A DNA stretch of 63,023 nt from Octopus bimaculoides. Taxonomy: Eukaryota. The notes beneath the pieces were generated by a model, which was not told the DNA's origin, did not search any database, and worked only from the letters and a program-made list of their open reading frames with translations. Below are positions 37,031 to 47,200 of the stretch, one piece after another. The translations under genes and the position numbers were made by a program. Every line of letters begins with the position of its first letter. Positions within the stretch are counted from its first letter, which is position 1. The stretch spans positions 59,664,537 through 59,727,559 of the forward strand of contig NC_068989.1 in assembly GCF_001194135.2 (NCBI RefSeq). Direction: 5' to 3'.

Positions 37031-40000
37031 TCCTCTCTTTGTATGTAAGTATGAGTTTGTGCACATGTTCTTTCAAAGCCAAATCATTCATTACCAAAAC
37101 AGCCATGGCAAAATGTTTGGGTATTCAATAAGTCCTGCAAAAATGTTCCAAAACGTTCAATATGTTAAAAACCCAACTGTTTAGACTTGGGTCAGCCCAA
37201 ATCAAATGAACCCATGTTCAAAGGTATTCCAGCCATGACTATTTCCTCTTATTTTTTTTCAAACAATGTAGGTATGGCGATGTGACTAAGAAGTCTGCTT
37301 TCCAATTAGGTAATTTCAGGTTCTGTGTCACAGTGTGACAACCTGAGAAAGTGTCTTCTATAGCTCTAGACCAACCAATGCCATATGAGTGGATTTAGTA
37401 GACAAAAATCGAAAGATGCACCATGTACATGTATGAGATTGTGCATGTGTGTGATTATTTACATTCTGGAAAGTTCAAGTTATTGTCATTATTTCTTGCC
37501 GTAACAAATCACCCACTGGTCTTACACCTTCAAAGACATGAAGAGACCACTGACTTGAAAAACAGTTAATAGTCAGTGACAGGGAGGCCATCTGGCTGTA
37601 AAGCATTGGTTCAGTAATATATTCATCCAAAAATACAAATGTATCCTGGACTGTTCAATGTGCCACTCCTTTTTTTTAATGCAATAAAGGTTGCTCTTCT
37701 AATCATCATCATTTAACGTCCGCTTTCCATGCTAGCATGGGTTGGACAATTTGACTGAGGACTGGTGAAAACCAGATGGCTACACCAGGCTCCAATCTGA
37801 TTTGGCAGAGTTTCTACGGCTGAATGCCCTTCCTAACACCAACCACTCTGAGAATGTAGTGGGTGCTTTTTCGTGCCACCGGCACGAAGGCCAGTCAGGC
37901 GTTACTGGCAATGGCCACGCTCAAAATGGTGTATTTTACGTGCCACCCGCACAAGAGCCAGTCCAGCAATTGCATAGGAGCACTTTTGCTGGTGCTTCTG
38001 AGTATTAAGTGTTTTGTATACAGCTCATTCTAAGTTTAAATTTTAATAACTTTGATCTAATAGTTAACAGTATTTGATAATAAATAGAAAAACTAATGTT
38101 AGAGGTTCAACAGTATATCGCAAAGTCTTCTTACCTTTTCTTTATTTAAACCCATCTGTGCTGCCCTCCACCGAGCAAGGGTTGTCCTTAGAACAGAAAG
38201 TACAAGACATAATCATCATCACATTTGCAGCATGTTCCTTGAACTTATAAGGTCATACAAGGAACTGTTCAATAGCAAAAACACAAAGAATTTAATCAAT
38301 TATGAACATATATCTAGTTTATAAACAATATTGTCTTTCTTTCTCTTTACTTCACACATTTTTTCACATATTCTCATTACATATACATACATCAAGCAAA
38401 CAATATGTATGTACTATTCCTCAAAACCAAAATGAATAAAGCCCAGGCAAATTCTAAAGGTAAACATGATCGTTTGGTTCTAAGTATAAGAGAAAGCCAA
38501 TATATTTCCATGGACTAAAGCACAATGAAACTGAAGGCGAATATTTGAATTTATAACATCCTAAACTTCTTTAATGATCCAAACCAAAACTGTATGATGC
38601 AGCAATTATTTGAATTAATAACAGTATTTGATGCAACATGATAGAGAATATTTCAGTAATACTTACATTGCCTTCTCACTATTACGTGCCTGTAAAAGAA
38701 ACAAAAAGACAAAACACTTAAAATGTTTCTGTAAATTGTATTTCATAATTCATACAACTCTTTCCATGTTAGAATTTTAACCAATGAAACATTTAGTAAT
38801 CATACGATATTTTCACAACTTTTTAGAAAATAAGTTTGTGTATATTTCAGGAAGTTCTGTGTCCAAAACATCAGAACTCAACTCACCTGATCATAATTTA
38901 CAATTTATTCACTTTTCTGTAGCCAACATAGATTCTTACTAGTTTCTTCTGATTTTTTTTTCTTTCAGCTCTTACAGTACTTTTGCTGTAATCTTTACAA
39001 TCTCATGGTACCTTATAATTTTACAGTACCTAGGTGAGTTCAGCTATAAACACAGAACAGAAATAGTGGTTGGGTCCAACAGCCACTGCTCCAGTTGTTA
39101 GTGTAGCACTTGCTTTATTGTTGTTGTTGGCACTCCGTCGCTAACGACGACGAGGGTTCCAGTTGATCCGATCAACGGAACAGCCTGCTCGTGAAATTAA
39201 CGTGCAAGTGGCTGAGCACTCCACAGACACGTGTACCCTTAACGTAGTTCTAGGGGGTATTCAGCGTGACACAGTGTGACAAGGCTAACCCTTTGAATTA
39301 CAGGCACAACAGAAACAGGAAGTAAGAGTGAGAGAAAGTTGTGGTGGAAGAGTACAGCAGGGTTCGCCACCATCCCCTGCCGGAGCCTCGTGGAGCTTTA
39401 GGTGTTTTCGCTCAATAAACACTCACAACGCCCGGTCTGGGAATCGAAACCGCGATCCTATGACTGCGTGTCCGCTGCCCTAACTACTGGGCCATTGCGC
39501 CTCCACAGCACTTGCTTTAATACATGCAAAAACAGAAATTGACTATATTGTTCATCCTTTTCTTTCAAAAATTTCGATGGAGCATTAAATGTTAGTCCCT
39601 AATATCATTTAGATATTTTTCTGCAAAAGTTTAACAAGACCAATAGCAGAAAGGTGCCAAAACTAAGTCATTCTAGGTACAATTGAGAACCTCAACGATA
39701 TTAACATGTTTTATGGGTGTAAAGCCACTGTCAGTGCTATACTGTACTATAGAGCAACTACCAGTACTCTATGGAACAGTAAAGCCACTCTGTTAGTTGT
39801 ACACTGAGACACTGCTTATAAGCCCGTTATTAATAAGGACTTAAGTAAATAGGGTACTTCTTTTTCTGTCCACGAAGATATACACAGCGCCAACATATGC
39901 CTATTACATACACGCGAAAACCTATAGGTATATTCTGTAGTACAATAAATATACAAGATTTAATCAAAACAGCCGTCAACACACAAGTGATTTACTGATG

Positions 40001-40979
40001 GAGCCAGCGTTCAACGGTGCGTCATATATGCAAATCGTTTCAATTTACCTAAGCCATTAGTAATAGTAGTAGTATCTCATAAGACAGTTAAAGGGGAAAC
40101 GGTCCAGATGGACTATATGTAATCTGAACCTTTCCCCCCTTATTTTTTTTTTTTTTACGGAATCCCACGTTTTAGGCTATGGAGATTCCGATTCTGAAAA
40201 AAAATTTTCAAAAACCTCAATTTCAAAATTTCGATTCCCCCCACCCCCCGGTTTTTATATAGATCCACAGGGTAAACCTAACCCTAACTCAAACCCTAAC
40301 CCTGACCGTAACCGTAACCCTGACCCTAACTCTAACCCTAAACCTAACCCTAACACTAATTTTGTGAGATTTGGCTGTTATTTCTAGCATGTAAATAGCC
40401 TGCTTGGTGGGGGGAGGAATTGAAATTTTTCAAACAATTTTTTTTCAGAATCATAATCTCCGTATATTTTTACGCATTTCTATAAAAAAAAATTTCCGGA
40501 AAATATTTTTGAATGAGGAAATGGCGGGGGGTCGAAATTTTGAATTTGAGATTTTTGAAAAATTTTTTTCGGAATCGGAATCTCCATAGCCTAAAACGTG
40601 GGATTCCGTAAATAAAATAAATAAATAAGGGGGGGAAAGGTTCAGATTACATATAGTCCGTCTCCGCCAAATATTTCATTGAGAAGGCAAGATATTAACA
40701 TGAGTCTATTACATATACTTTCGGCTAAAATCTGTAGATATATTCTGAAGAAAAGGACAGCACTGAAGTAAAACATTAATGCAGCCAAAGTGAGTGAAAG
40801 TTTTCAAAATACTATGAGATACATTATGGTAAGCACCGTTGTTATATCTATTTGAAACAGATCTGCTACCAGGAATTATTGGATTAACAAAGAATCCCTT
40901 AAAAACGTGTGCAAAGTAAACCTATTTAGTAAAAAAACAAAACGTAAAGAGAGATGAACAAGTGAAATGTACAAACCAT
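26184..40979 (-). CDS. ISY1: Pre-mRNA splicing factor ISY1 homolog, 11 coding exons, 287 aa
   Basis: Exons (minus strand): 40977-40979, 38667-38689, 38135-38186, 36502-36610, 35035-35147, 32425-32486, 32145-32200, 31187-31309, 29494-29618, 28119-28208, 26184-26291. They sum to 864 nt, all GT-AG and in phase. Translation MARNSEKAMTTLARWR...ERRPYLSSECSDLPKAEKWRRQIIGEISRKVAQIQNAGLGEFKLRD...FIAHVPVPSQQEIEEALVLRKKMELMEKY matches ISY1. Exon 1 placement is the least certain part. Confidence 0.93.
27555..27923 (-). mobile_element. SINE family A in ISY1 intron 10
   Basis: 12-bp TSD taaatcatgata. Confidence 0.9.
28119..28208 (-). CDS. ISY1: ISY1 exon 10 (SDSDDE...FIAHVPVPSQQE)
   Basis: Conserved FIAHVPVPSQQE; cag acceptor and gtaaag donor. 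Confidence 0.92.
28990..29450. mobile_element. Head-to-head pair of SINE family B copies in ISY1 intron 9
   Basis: Minus copy about 28990-29200, plus copy about 29260-29450. Confidence 0.75.
29494..29618 (-). CDS. ISY1: ISY1 exon 9 (AVEKKIQEWKEKK...NIYAVEED)
   Basis: Phase-consistent acidic linker containing NIYAV; tag acceptor and gtgagg donor. Confidence 0.88.
30180..30650 (-). mobile_element. RTE-clade LINE 3' fragment
   Basis: Decayed RT C-terminal region resembling KGRLY...MLYGSE.W...RLERNE..ML and GR-PRK.W.E.VK.DL. Confidence 0.6.
31187..31309 (-). CDS. ISY1: ISY1 exon 8 (PRKTRADLMKDIDAVYYGYRDDDDG...)
   Basis: Conserved peptide; cag acceptor and gtaag donor. Confidence 0.93.
31353..32115 (+). 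mobile_element. Nested TTAA-CCCTT (piggyBac-type) MITEs plus a hAT MITE end, filling ISY1 intron 7
   Basis: Outer ends TTAACCCTTTTGCTACC and GGTATCAAAAGAGTTA; inner element 31654-31871; gttgagaaccactg near 32037-32050. Confidence 0.55.
32145..32200 (-). CDS. ISY1: ISY1 exon 7 (YFGAAKELPGVRELFEQE)
   Basis: Conserved peptide; tag acceptor and gtaagt donor. Confidence 0.93.
32425..32486 (-). CDS. ISY1: ISY1 exon 6 (RVGPKMLDHEGKEVPGNRGYK)
   Basis: Conserved peptide; cag acceptor and gtaagt donor. Confidence 0.93.
32815..32975 (+). mobile_element. tRNA-derived SINE head with a CORE-like ccttgagcaagg segment
   Basis: A-box tggcctaatgatt and B-box gggttcaaatc, followed by cccttgagcaagg. Confidence 0.55.
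33334..33667. repeat. Long fold-back palindrome (MITE-like)
   Basis: Arms 33334-33488 and 33513-33667 are nearly perfect reverse complements; 24-nt loop; TTAA at both outer ends. Confidence 0.9.
34590..34962 (-). mobile_element. SINE family C in ISY1 intron 5
   Basis: Full-length match. Confidence 0.88.
35035..35147 (-). CDS. ISY1: ISY1 exon 5 (GLGEFKLRDVNDEINKLLREKGHWEDRIKELGGPDYK)
   Basis: Conserved peptide; cag acceptor and gtgagt donor. Confidence 0.94.
35995..36403 (-). mobile_element. SINE family C in ISY1 intron 4
   Basis: Full-length match. Confidence 0.88.
36502..36610 (-). CDS. ISY1: ISY1 exon 4 (ERRPYLSSEC...KVAQIQN)
   Basis: Conserved ISY1 peptide; cag acceptor and gtaaac donor. 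Confidence 0.93.
37700..37975 (-). mobile_element. RTE-associated repeat family D ((ATG)n tail)
   Basis: catcatcatttaacgtccgctttccatgctagcatggg; other copies at 49940, 50850, 59095 and 62455. Confidence 0.75.
38135..38186 (-). CDS. ISY1: ISY1 exon 3 (TTLARWRAAQMGLNKEK)
   Basis: taag acceptor and gtaag donor, phase consistent. Confidence 0.88.
38667..38689 (-). CDS. ISY1: ISY1 exon 2 (23 nt, ARNSEKAM)
   Basis: ttttacag|GCACGTAATAGTGAGAAGGCAAT|gtaagt. Confidence 0.88.
39118..39506 (-). mobile_element. SINE family A in ISY1 intron 1
   Basis: 13-bp TSD agcacttgcttta. Confidence 0.9.
40106..40663. mobile_element. MITE with about 140-bp TIRs and an internal degenerate (AACCCT)n tract
   Basis: Arms about 40106-40245 and 40525-40663 are reverse complements; telomere-like tract at about 40275-40335. 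Confidence 0.85.
40977..40979 (-). CDS. ISY1: ISY1 exon 1 coding part (ATG only)
   Basis: Nearest upstream minus-strand ATG|GT (aaaagaaaaATG|gtttgt) in an A-rich context. Exon 2 starts in phase 0 at Ala2, so exon 1 must end in ATG. Confidence 0.6.
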
Positions 40980-41188
40980 TTTTCTTTTGTTTGTTTGTTT
41001 TTTTATAAAATTATCTTATATCATAAATAAAATGTCTTCATTCCGTTAAAACATTTCTCTGTTGATATGTTTCAAAGAATTCATATTCGCCACACGTTAT
41101 GAATAGTATAAAACGGTGTCCAATGACACCGGTGATTACGTGCCCTGAAATGTAGAGCTCTTCTGTCAAATGAGACAACATCGTCGGC
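40980..41188. promoter_or_regulatory. Candidate bidirectional promoter plus 5' UTRs of ISY1 and GTPBP10
   Basis: 209 bp between divergent start codons. Locally CpG-enriched, with a CCAAT centred in a 7-bp perfect inverted repeat (41114-41131) and TTACGTG nearby. Confidence 0.65.
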
Positions 41189-41242
41189 ATGGTGAGACTG
41201 ACTCAATTCTTGAGTTATTTCGTTGAAGCCAGAAAGAAACTT
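41189..41242 (+). CDS. GTPBP10: GTPBP10 exon 1 ([18 protein letters not shown])
   Basis: ggcATGG start and a phase-0 gtaagc donor that matches the phase-0 acceptor at 43020; MV-type N-terminus resembles orthologs. Confidence 0.75.
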
Positions 41243-44200
41243 GTAAGCTGAAGTTTATTATTTACTGAATAATAAAATAACTTTAATCTCGAAAGAAGAA
41301 AAATTAATTTATGTCACTCTCAGTGCAAAAAATTTTTTTAGTTATCTCATATACATTACAGAAATGTATATGTTACAGAAATCTGTGTGGAACATTTTAA
41401 TTTGATCTGTAGCGACCAGACCTGAAGGACGATGCTAACTTTCCAACCTTAGTCTATCAAAGAATTAAACCCAAGAGAAGTTGGGGAAACCTTTAGCTTG
41501 AATAACTTTTATGTTCATTAGTTGACAAAATTCTGCATACCTCTAAACTCAGCTGTGCATGTTTTGAATATACAAAGTTGTTATTAAAAGTAAAAGCGAA
41601 AAGGAGGTATGTTTGTACTTGAGATAATTAGAATAACATTGTAGGTTATGTGTAAAAGGCCTGATCAATTTGAACATAAAACTGAATATTTGTGCTGGAT
41701 ATGGCCGGTGTGGGCACTATCATGCTATTAGCTGTCAGAAGTGAAAGTGCTCACTGCTAGTGAAGTATCTGTCTGTCTGCCTGTCGATTCTTTGGCTACT
41801 GACAGCTAATACCATGACTGGCCGGAGCGAGCTATATGTCTGTCTGTCTCTCTCTCTCTCTCTATCTATCTATCTATTACTCGAAAGTTCGCGCGTCCGC
41901 GCTAGCTAGTCGTGAGTAGAAAACACAAATTTAATATAAAAACATATTTCCTGAAATTGCAAATTATTTAAAATATAAAAATATAATTTTCAACAGAGAG
42001 AATTTATCAAAATAGAAAACAAATGAAGTTTGAAGTTTAAAAATAATAGGATCGACCACTCACGGCTAGCTAGCGCGGACGCGCGAACTTTCGAGTAATA
42101 GATAGATAGAGAGACAGACAGACATATAGCTCGCTCCGGCCATTCATGGTATTAGCTGTCAGTAGCCAAAGAATCGACAGGCCAGCAACAGGCAGGCAGA
42201 CAGACAGATACTTCACTAGCAGTGAGCACTTTCACTTCTGACAGCTAATAGCATGATAGTGCCCCGGTTTGAATACTAAAGGGCTAAACATAGAATCGGA
42301 GTGGTTTTTATCCTGAGATGAAATCTGCGATTCCGTCAGATATTTAGGTCAGTCAACTATACGTAGATGTTTTCTTTGCAGGGCCTTAAATGTCGTATGT
42401 TAGACTGGTTTGAAAATTTAGGCATTTGCATAAAACTACAACAGAAAATCAAATTTAGGAAAATCAAAATCAGCCACGAGATTATCTACCTGTCTGCAAC
42501 TGATCTCTTTATGTCTCTTGTGCCTTGTGACCTTAAAATTATATTCGTTGTTCACATACTTGGCAACATATCCAAAAGAAAAAATGAGTGTAATGTTATT
42601 AGGAGATTGGATGACAAGAGACAAAATAGGTTTGATGTAAATAAAGGGTATTTTGGTTTCTTGTGGGTTGATATAAAGAAATTAATCTTCCCCTAATCCC
42701 TTCGAAGTTGGACATAGGAAGAATGTTATTTTATTACTTTCTCTTCAAATCCTGCTACAGTCAACATGATCGAATTTTGACTTTGTACCAAAATGTTGAT
42801 AGCAGATTCAGTAAAGGATTGGACCAGCAGATTATCACCAAGTCTGCCTTTGTCTTTCATCTTTCTGAGCTAAATAAAATAAACATCAACCATCGATGTA
42901 GATTTAATCAACTGTTTTGTCCCAAATTTGTGGCCTTTTGTTAGAAATCATCATCATCAGCTTACCATTTTTTAAACTTGAAACAAAACTTATACTTTGT
43001 ATATATTTTCCTCATTCTAGATACATAAAACTGGCTTCATCGACACCCTCCGAATATATGTGAAAGGTGGTGGTGGAGGGCAAGGGTTCGCTCGTTTGGG
43101 AGGACTTGGCGGTACAGGTGGTAGTGTAATTCTGGAGGCAGATAAACAACAAAACTTGAAACAGTTAAAACAGAAATATCCTTCAAAACGGTTTATTGCT
43201 GGCAATGGAAAAAATAGCACGTAAGTTTGTCCAACTTAATATATTACAGAAAAACTAAAATAACACAAGGGATATTAAAATCTTGTTTAACATAATATTA
43301 GTTTCAAATTTTGGAACAAGGCCAACATTTCTGGGGTAGGGGTAAGTCAACTACATTGACCCCAGTGCTCAACTAGAACTTATTTTATCAACCTTGAAAG
43401 GATGAAAGGCAAAGTCAACCTCAGCAGAATTTGAACTCAGAACATAAAGACAAAATGCTGCTAAGCATTTTGCCCAGCATGCTAATGATTCTGCAAGCTC
43501 ATCACCTTCTTGTTTAACATAATATTGGCCTTTGTTCACATGCCAAAATGTCATGTACTATAGCATGTGGATGCATGCTATATAATACCTGTAGCAGACA
43601 CTTGTTATAATGGCATAACACTGTGTGAGTGTAGTCTGCAACCTCATCTTGACCCTTTAGCATATTTGGACCCAATATGGCTGGTTTAAATACTAATGCG
43701 TTAATTCACAGATGAAAGTCTCACATATTGTGTTTATGCCTTTAGAAAGACATGCAGACCATAATTCATATTGACACTTCCCTTAATTGTCTAATCAAAT
43801 CAAGAAATTATGTAAACATTAGCATGATTTGTTGTTTTAATTCGCTTTTTGGTTATTTCATTATTCAGGAAAAGAGTTCTAATTGCCAAAAATGGTGCCG
43901 AGTTAAAAGTAAAAGTACCAATTGGTATTTCAATAGAATCTGATCATGGAAGACTAATTGGTAAGAATAAACCAATATACTTTTATAAGCCTTGTAAATC
44001 TTTTACCATCAGTTATTTTCATAAACCAAGTTTTGTTAAAGTATTATTATGTTCTACTGATTCGTGCTAGAGTTTTATAAATCTATAAACCATTTTCTCT
44101 GTCATACATATTGATTTTAAATTTTAGTGCAAGACCAACAAGTTCAGGGAGGGGAGTAAGTCAATTACATCAACCCCAGTGCTCAACTAATACTTATTTT

Positions 44201-47200
44201 ATCAACCCTGAAGGGATAGAATTTGAACTCAGAATGTAAAGACAGACAAAATACTGCATAGCATTTTGCCCAGCATGCTAACGGCTCTACCAGCTCACTG
44301 CCTACCTCTATGTTGCAAGAAGATTCAGTTTCTCAATTTTAGGGTATGTTTTAATGCATCTTCATGCATATTTGGAAGTGCACATGTATTTTCAAATATT
44401 CAGCTTCCATCATCAGCATAGGTTCGGTTGTTTGACTGAACCTGGCAAGCTGCAAAGCCACATGTAAGCTTTGGCATGTTTCTGCAGCTGGATGTTCTTC
44501 CTAATGCTAAACAGAGTGTACTAAGTGCTTTTTTTTCATGCCACCAGCCCTAATGAGATTCCCACATAACTTGTAAGACAGTAAAAGAACAAGGAAAAGA
44601 TAAAGAAAAAGCTTCCACTACTGTGAGGAGTATCTGAGAAGGAAAGGTGGCTTTATGCCAGTTGTTGAAAGAGTAAAGTATGACAGATGGACAAGCACAG
44701 GTGTCTTGCTTTGGAAGAGATGCATGGCTGAAGGAGATAAAAGGAAGGTTATGATGAAGTGTCAAAGCAAACTCCTCAAAGTACAAGAAGGTGAGCACAA
44801 GAGAAGGTATGGACAGTGGGTCATGGGAGGGGAGGATAGAGTGGATACTTTCGTAATGGTTAAAAACAGGTACAGAGGTGAATATAGTGAGTAATGAACA
44901 AGGGTGAGGGTGCAGTTGAAGGGAAATAACAGTATAGAGAAGGGTGAAGCAAGTGATAAGAGTGACTCAAGAAGGAGAATAGATCAGAAAGCAGTGGGAT
45001 AATCTGCAAGGTGTAGGAGCAAGAGTGGGGGGGAGATATAGAGGTACATAAGGGGCTATAGTAAAAGGGCATTGAGAATGATATCAGATAAAAGAGGTGT
45101 TAAGAATGGAGTATAGCAAAGGGGTGGCTGCAGATTCAGAAAGGAGGCAATTGGTAGAATCGTTGTGGGCAGGGATGATGATGAGGAATGGTTGTGATTT
45201 GGGGTCCAAAAGGGGATATATGTACCAATTATGAAAGTGTACTTAGTAATTATATCACTGTATATGATTACAAAATGTATCTTTTCCAGTATGGCTACCT
45301 ACTTGATTCGTTATTTTAATTATAGAGATAACCGAAAGTTTCAGTTTTTCTAGTTTTTAATTTTTTTTTTTTTTTTTTTAATTTTCACTTTTGAAAAATT
45401 GATAGGGTTTTTAAAACTAATGGAGTGACTTCCAACCGCAAAGTCGTAAGGTGATTAACCCCTCTGTCTCTTTGAACAGGTGAACTTAATGAAACTGGAC
45501 AACAATTGCTTGTGGCGCATGGAGGTGTTGGAGGTGGTGTGAATAATAAATTTCTTGGCCAACAAGGTGAAATGAGGACTTTGAAACTTGTCATGAAGCT
45601 AATTGCTGATGTTGGTTTTGTTGGGTAACAATCTTCTCCAAATTATCTTTTATCTTTTACTTGTTTCAGTCAATTGACTGCAGCCATGCTGGAGCACCAC
45701 CTTGAAGAGTTTTAGTCAAATAAATCAACCCCAGGACTTATTTTTTAAAGCCTAGTACTTAATTTATTGGTCTCTTTTATCAAACTGCTAAGTTAAGGGG
45801 ATGTAAACACACCAACACCAGTTGTCAAGCAGTGGCAGGGGAAAAACACAGACAAAAAGGCATACACACACATACATATATATGTATGTATGTATGTATG
45901 CAACAAGCTTCTTTCAGTTTCCGTCTACCAAATCTACTCAGTCAGCCCAAGGCTATAGCAAAAGACATTTGCTCAAGGTGACACGCAATGAGACTGAACC
46001 CAGAACCATGTGTTTGGGATGCAAGCTTCTTACCACACAGCTACACCTGCACCTATAATGTTTTTTTTTTTCCACTGATCACAAAATTATATTGCTAAAC
46101 TACTGACCATAAATCCAAACCTATCTACTGCTATTGTAGAGTACCTATAGGCAAATTACTATTTTGTGTGTCACGATATGACTAACAAGTAATACTTATG
46201 CCTCGTGATGGTTAACTATAGTAAGAACTGTATCGGTAATTGCTTGACATTTGTAAAAATGATCTTGTGGGCAAGTGTCTTCTACTATAATCCCTAGCCA
46301 ACCAAGCCTTGTGAGTGAATTTGGTAGATGGAAAGTGTGTGTTTACATTTGCACTCTATGAAAATTGCTCACTTCAGTGTTGTCACTTCTGTCAACAAAT
46401 CATCTGCTCAATTTTTGCCTTCAAACATATTTGAAATAGATGATTCCTTACTTGGGAAATAGGTAAGAGTAAGCAACAGGAAGAATATCTAACTGTAAAA
46501 ACAATGGCTCGATAATATATACATCTAATCTATGCTAGATGTAAAATTAACAATCTTGTCTATTTTTTTTTGTTTGATGAAATGGGTCTAAAACAATATA
46601 AAAGAAGAAATAGTTGTGTTTCTTTAAACAGGAATCTCGTTAAGTTCAGCTTCATCATTTTTTTAATCTAGTGAAGGTTGGGATGCTTAACTTCAAATTC
46701 CAAATCATTAACCAGATTTTAGTGGGGAATAGGATGCAGCTAATTTTTCTCAATGAGATAGTACTTATTCACCAACCAGGCTAACTGAGACCAGAAGCTT
46801 GCTTAAAGACAATGACCTATGAACTCATAATGTCGTCTGATTCTTTATTCTGTCAGCCATTTTAATGTCAGTTTCCCGGTAGCAGTGCAACTTTTAACTC
46901 TATGCTGTGCTAAGTGTTTTGTGAATATATTTCTAACCAAGTAGACTGCCTATGTGTTTAAACAGTATGGAGGAAGGTAGTTTTATATTTTGACATTGGT
47001 GTCTGCCAACTGTAGCCTTGTTATCATACATATAGTGATCATGATTGAGATTCCCAAGCAAGTTATTTTTTCTCCATGAAAGATAGAAAATGAAGGACAC
47101 TGCCTGTATGGTGGTGCCACTCGTTTACAACTATCATACATTGTAAAGACAAGATGTATTGACACACACACACAGCCACATATATACATGTATGCATCCA

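Noticed and set aside
40275-40335. True telomere or chromosome-fusion scar
   Set aside because: The tract is short, degenerate, in one orientation and enclosed by the TIRs of a mobile element.
42367-42696. [12 protein letters not shown]... as GTPBP10 exon 1 or a separate gene
   Set aside because: Its candidate donors give phase 1 or 2, but the exon 2 acceptor needs phase 0. The 41189-41242 exon fits, and the ORF has no recognisable motif.
44550-45220. Purine-rich ORFs in GTPBP10 intron 3
   Set aside because: Low-complexity sequence following a family D repeat end, most likely a decayed retroelement interior with no protein motif.
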